A stretch of DNA of 64,000 bases from Gracilinanus agilis. Taxonomy: Eukaryota. This document shows, in pieces, positions 61,373-64,000 of the stretch. The stretch lies in assembly GCF_016433145.1 (NCBI RefSeq), contig NC_058130.1:149651596-149715595 (forward strand). Direction: 5' to 3'. How positions within the stretch are numbered: position 1 is the first letter of the stretch; each line of letters starts with the position of its first letter. The position numbers and the translations under genes are program-made. The notes under the pieces are model-generated. The model saw nothing but the letters and a program-made list of their open reading frames with translations, searched no databases and had not been told where the DNA came from.

Positions 61373-62179
61373 TGTGAAGGTTAAATTTTGGGGGGCAGGA
61401 GTTTGAACAAAAGCCAGTGTGCAATTTATTAAATGCAAAAAACTTAGTTTATTATTAGGAAATATGGATAGGAAATAGGAAGGAGGAAAGTGAAAGTAAC
61501 CTTACAATAGCTTGTAACTATACCCCAGATCCCAATCCTAACTAAATTTCTCTAAAAAACTCCAAATCTATCTGCCTGAGAAGGCAGTATCTTCTGCTAG
61601 GCCAAAGCCCTCATCTCCTCTCCTACTCTTACTATCTAAGAATATAACCACTATCTATCTACCTGATCTACCCAGGTTATCAATAATCAATAAGGCTATT
61701 AAGGCCTTAATTCCATTCTCTGTCTCCAACCTGAGAGAGTGCTACCTGAACCTCTCCCCAGGACACCCAGAGACAAAAAGCCCTTTGCAGCTCTCTGCAA
61801 CTGCCTAACTCCCCTCGACCATCCCCTTCTAACTGTCACTAACTGACAAGAGGCACAGCAGAGGGTTTCTTAATGACAAATATTGTGGCTCCTTTTCCTC
61901 TGAAATATAAAAAAGAGAAAAATTAATAAAAACTCTCTTAACAAAATAAACTCAGATTTAGCTGCCCTCAAATCTAGCACTTTAACCGCCTTATCATCAA
62001 GTTGCCTGTAGTAAACAGAGAAGTTTATTATACCAGAATAATTAGGCACCACCCTGTCATCATAGATGTGGCTGTCATCCATTCACAGACCCTATTGCAG
62101 AGATATCCCTGCAAATGTTTAACAATCAGATATCCCTGCCATCCCCACCCAAAAAAACAGCCTTGTATTCAAGACATTC
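61373..62179 (-). mobile_element. ERV LTR-like segment; far end obscured by the L1 insertion
   Basis: Starts TGTGAAGGTTAAA, similar in layout to the 17004 LTR; tttatt tracts give a minus-strand poly(A) signal; interrupts a MIR. No right-hand TSD found. Confidence 0.5.
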
Positions 62180-64000
62180 TTTTAATTTTTTTAACATTTA
62201 TTAATATTCATTTTTAACATGGTTACATGATTCATGCTCCACCTTTCCCCTTCAACCCCACCCCCCGCACTGCCCCCCCCACCCATGGCCAATGCGCATT
62301 TCCACTAGTTTTGTCATGTGTCCTTGATCAAGACCAATTTCCAAATTGTTGGTAGTTGCATTGGTGTGGTAGTTTCGAGTCCACACCCTCAATCATGTCC
62401 ACCCCGACCCATGCGTTCAATCAGCTGTTTTTCTTATGTTTCCTCTCCTGCAGTCCTTCCTCTGAATGTGGGTAGCTTTCTTTACCATAAATCCCTCAGA
62501 ATTGCCCTGGGTCATTGTATTGCTGCTGGTACAGAGGTCCATTACATTCGATTTTACCACAGTATATCAGTCTCTGTGTATAGAGTTCTTTTGGCTCTGC
62601 TCCTTTCGCTCTGCATCAGATCCCGGAGGTCTCTCCAGTTCGCCTGGAACTTCTCCAGTTTATTATTCCTTTGAGCACAATAGTATTCCATCACCCGCAT
62701 ATACCACAGTTTGTTCAGCCATTCCCCAATTGAAGGACATTCCCTCCTTTTCCAATTTGTTGCCACCACAAAAAGCGCAGCTATGAATATTTTCGTACAA
62801 GTCTGTTTATGTATGATCTCTTTGGGGTACAAACCCAGCAATGGTATGACTGGATCAAAGGGAAGGCATTCTTTTATAGCCCTTTGAGCATGATTCCAAA
62901 TTGCCATCCAGAATGGTTGGATCAGTTCACAACTCCACCAGCAATGCATTAATGTCCCAATTTTGCCACATCCCCTCCAACATTCATTACTCTCCCCTTC
63001 TTTCATTTTAGCCAATCTGCTAGGTGTGAGGTGATACCTCAGAGTTGTTTTGATTTGCATTTCTCTAATTATTAGAGATTTAGAACACTTTCTCATGTGC
63101 TTATTGATACTTTTGATTTCTTTACCTGAAAATTGCCTATTCATGTCTTTTGCCCATTTATCAATTGGGGAATGGCTTGATGTTTTATACAATTGCTNNN
63201 NNNNNNNNNNNNNNNNNNNNNNNNNNNNNNNNNNNNNNNNNNNNNNNNNNNNNNNNNNNNNNNNNNNNNNNNNNNNNNNNNNNNNNNNNNNNNNNNNNNN
63301 NNNNNNNNNNNNNNNNNNNNNNNNNNNNNNNNNNNNNNNNNNNNNNNNNNNNNNNNNNNNNNNNNNNNNNNNNNNNNNNNNNNNNNNNNNNNNNNNNNNN
63401 NNNNNNNNNNNNNNNNNNNNNNNNNNNNNNNNNNNNNNNNNNNNNNNNNNNNNNNNNNNNNNNNNNNNNNNNNNNNNNNNNNNNNNNNNNNNNNNNNNNN
63501 NNNNNNNNNNNNNNNNNNNNNNNNNNNNNNNNNNNNNNNNNNNNNNNNNNNNNNNNNNNNNNNNNNNNNNNNNNNNNNNNNNNNNNNNNNNNNNNNCCTT
63601 TAATCAGGATGTAATGACCTTCCCTGTCTTTTTTAATCATATCTATTTTTACTTTGGCTTTGTCAGAAATCATAATAGCCACTCCTGCCTTCTTTTTCTC
63701 ATTTGACGCCCAAAAGATTTTGCTCAAACCCTGAACCTTAAACTTGTGTATGTCCACCCGCCTCATATGTGTTTCTTGTAGACAACATATGGTGGGATTT
63801 TGGTTTCTAATCCACTCTGCTATTTGCTTCCGTTTTATGAGCGAGTTCATCCCATTCACATTCAGAGTTATAATCATCAGTTGTGCATTTGCTGACATTT
63901 TCAAATCCTCCCCCATTCCTACCCCTTCTCCTTAAGCTATTTCCTGTAAAACCAGTGGTTTGCTATTAAGACCCTATCCCTTATCCCCTCCCTTGATTGA
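62180..64000 (-). mobile_element. Young L1 (3' UTR, ORF2 C-terminus, gap, ORF2 endonuclease N-terminus); continues beyond the window
   Basis: Open 212-aa ORF2 C-terminus at 62554-63192; endonuclease start MSANAQLMIITLNVNGMNS...CCLQETH from 63898. Confidence 0.93.
63198..63596. other. Assembly gap (399 N)
   Basis: Run of n. Confidence 1.

Noticed and set aside
1-64000. CRISPR arrays, rRNA/tRNA genes or prokaryote-type systems
   Set aside because: None seen. The tRNA-like heads belong to SINEs and the window is mammalian OR-cluster DNA.

Overview
Marsupial genomic DNA, very likely a didelphid opossum (SINE1_Mdo-type SINEs, MAR1, opossum-type L1). The window is part of a class II olfactory receptor (OR) family-13 cluster. 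It holds four intact single-coding-exon OR genes: two OR13C-like copies encoding the same protein (7742-8680 and 25714-26652, +), an OR13D1-like gene (39734-40675, +) and an OR13F1-like gene (56913-57845, -). It also holds a 3' remnant of a second OR13F-like gene (46952-47076, -) that the ORF track misses. The two OR13C-like genes lie in an older tandem duplication (roughly 90% identical by eye). Inside it, a ~6.4 kb tract covering intron, CDS and 3' flank is almost perfectly identical, while the predicted promoter and first exon remain diverged. All four intact genes share a non-coding module (TAATAAGTT-N4-GTAATTRG, then about 70 bp later TTTAAAT plus O/E-like sites) 2.4-6.7 kb upstream, always in gene orientation; it is the likely promoter. 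The rest is transposon-derived (L1, L2, MIR/MAR1, SINE1, solo LTRs with 4-bp TSDs, two hAT families), including one L1 with an internal fold-back rearrangement, plus two assembly gaps. All identities were estimated by eye and no database search was run.
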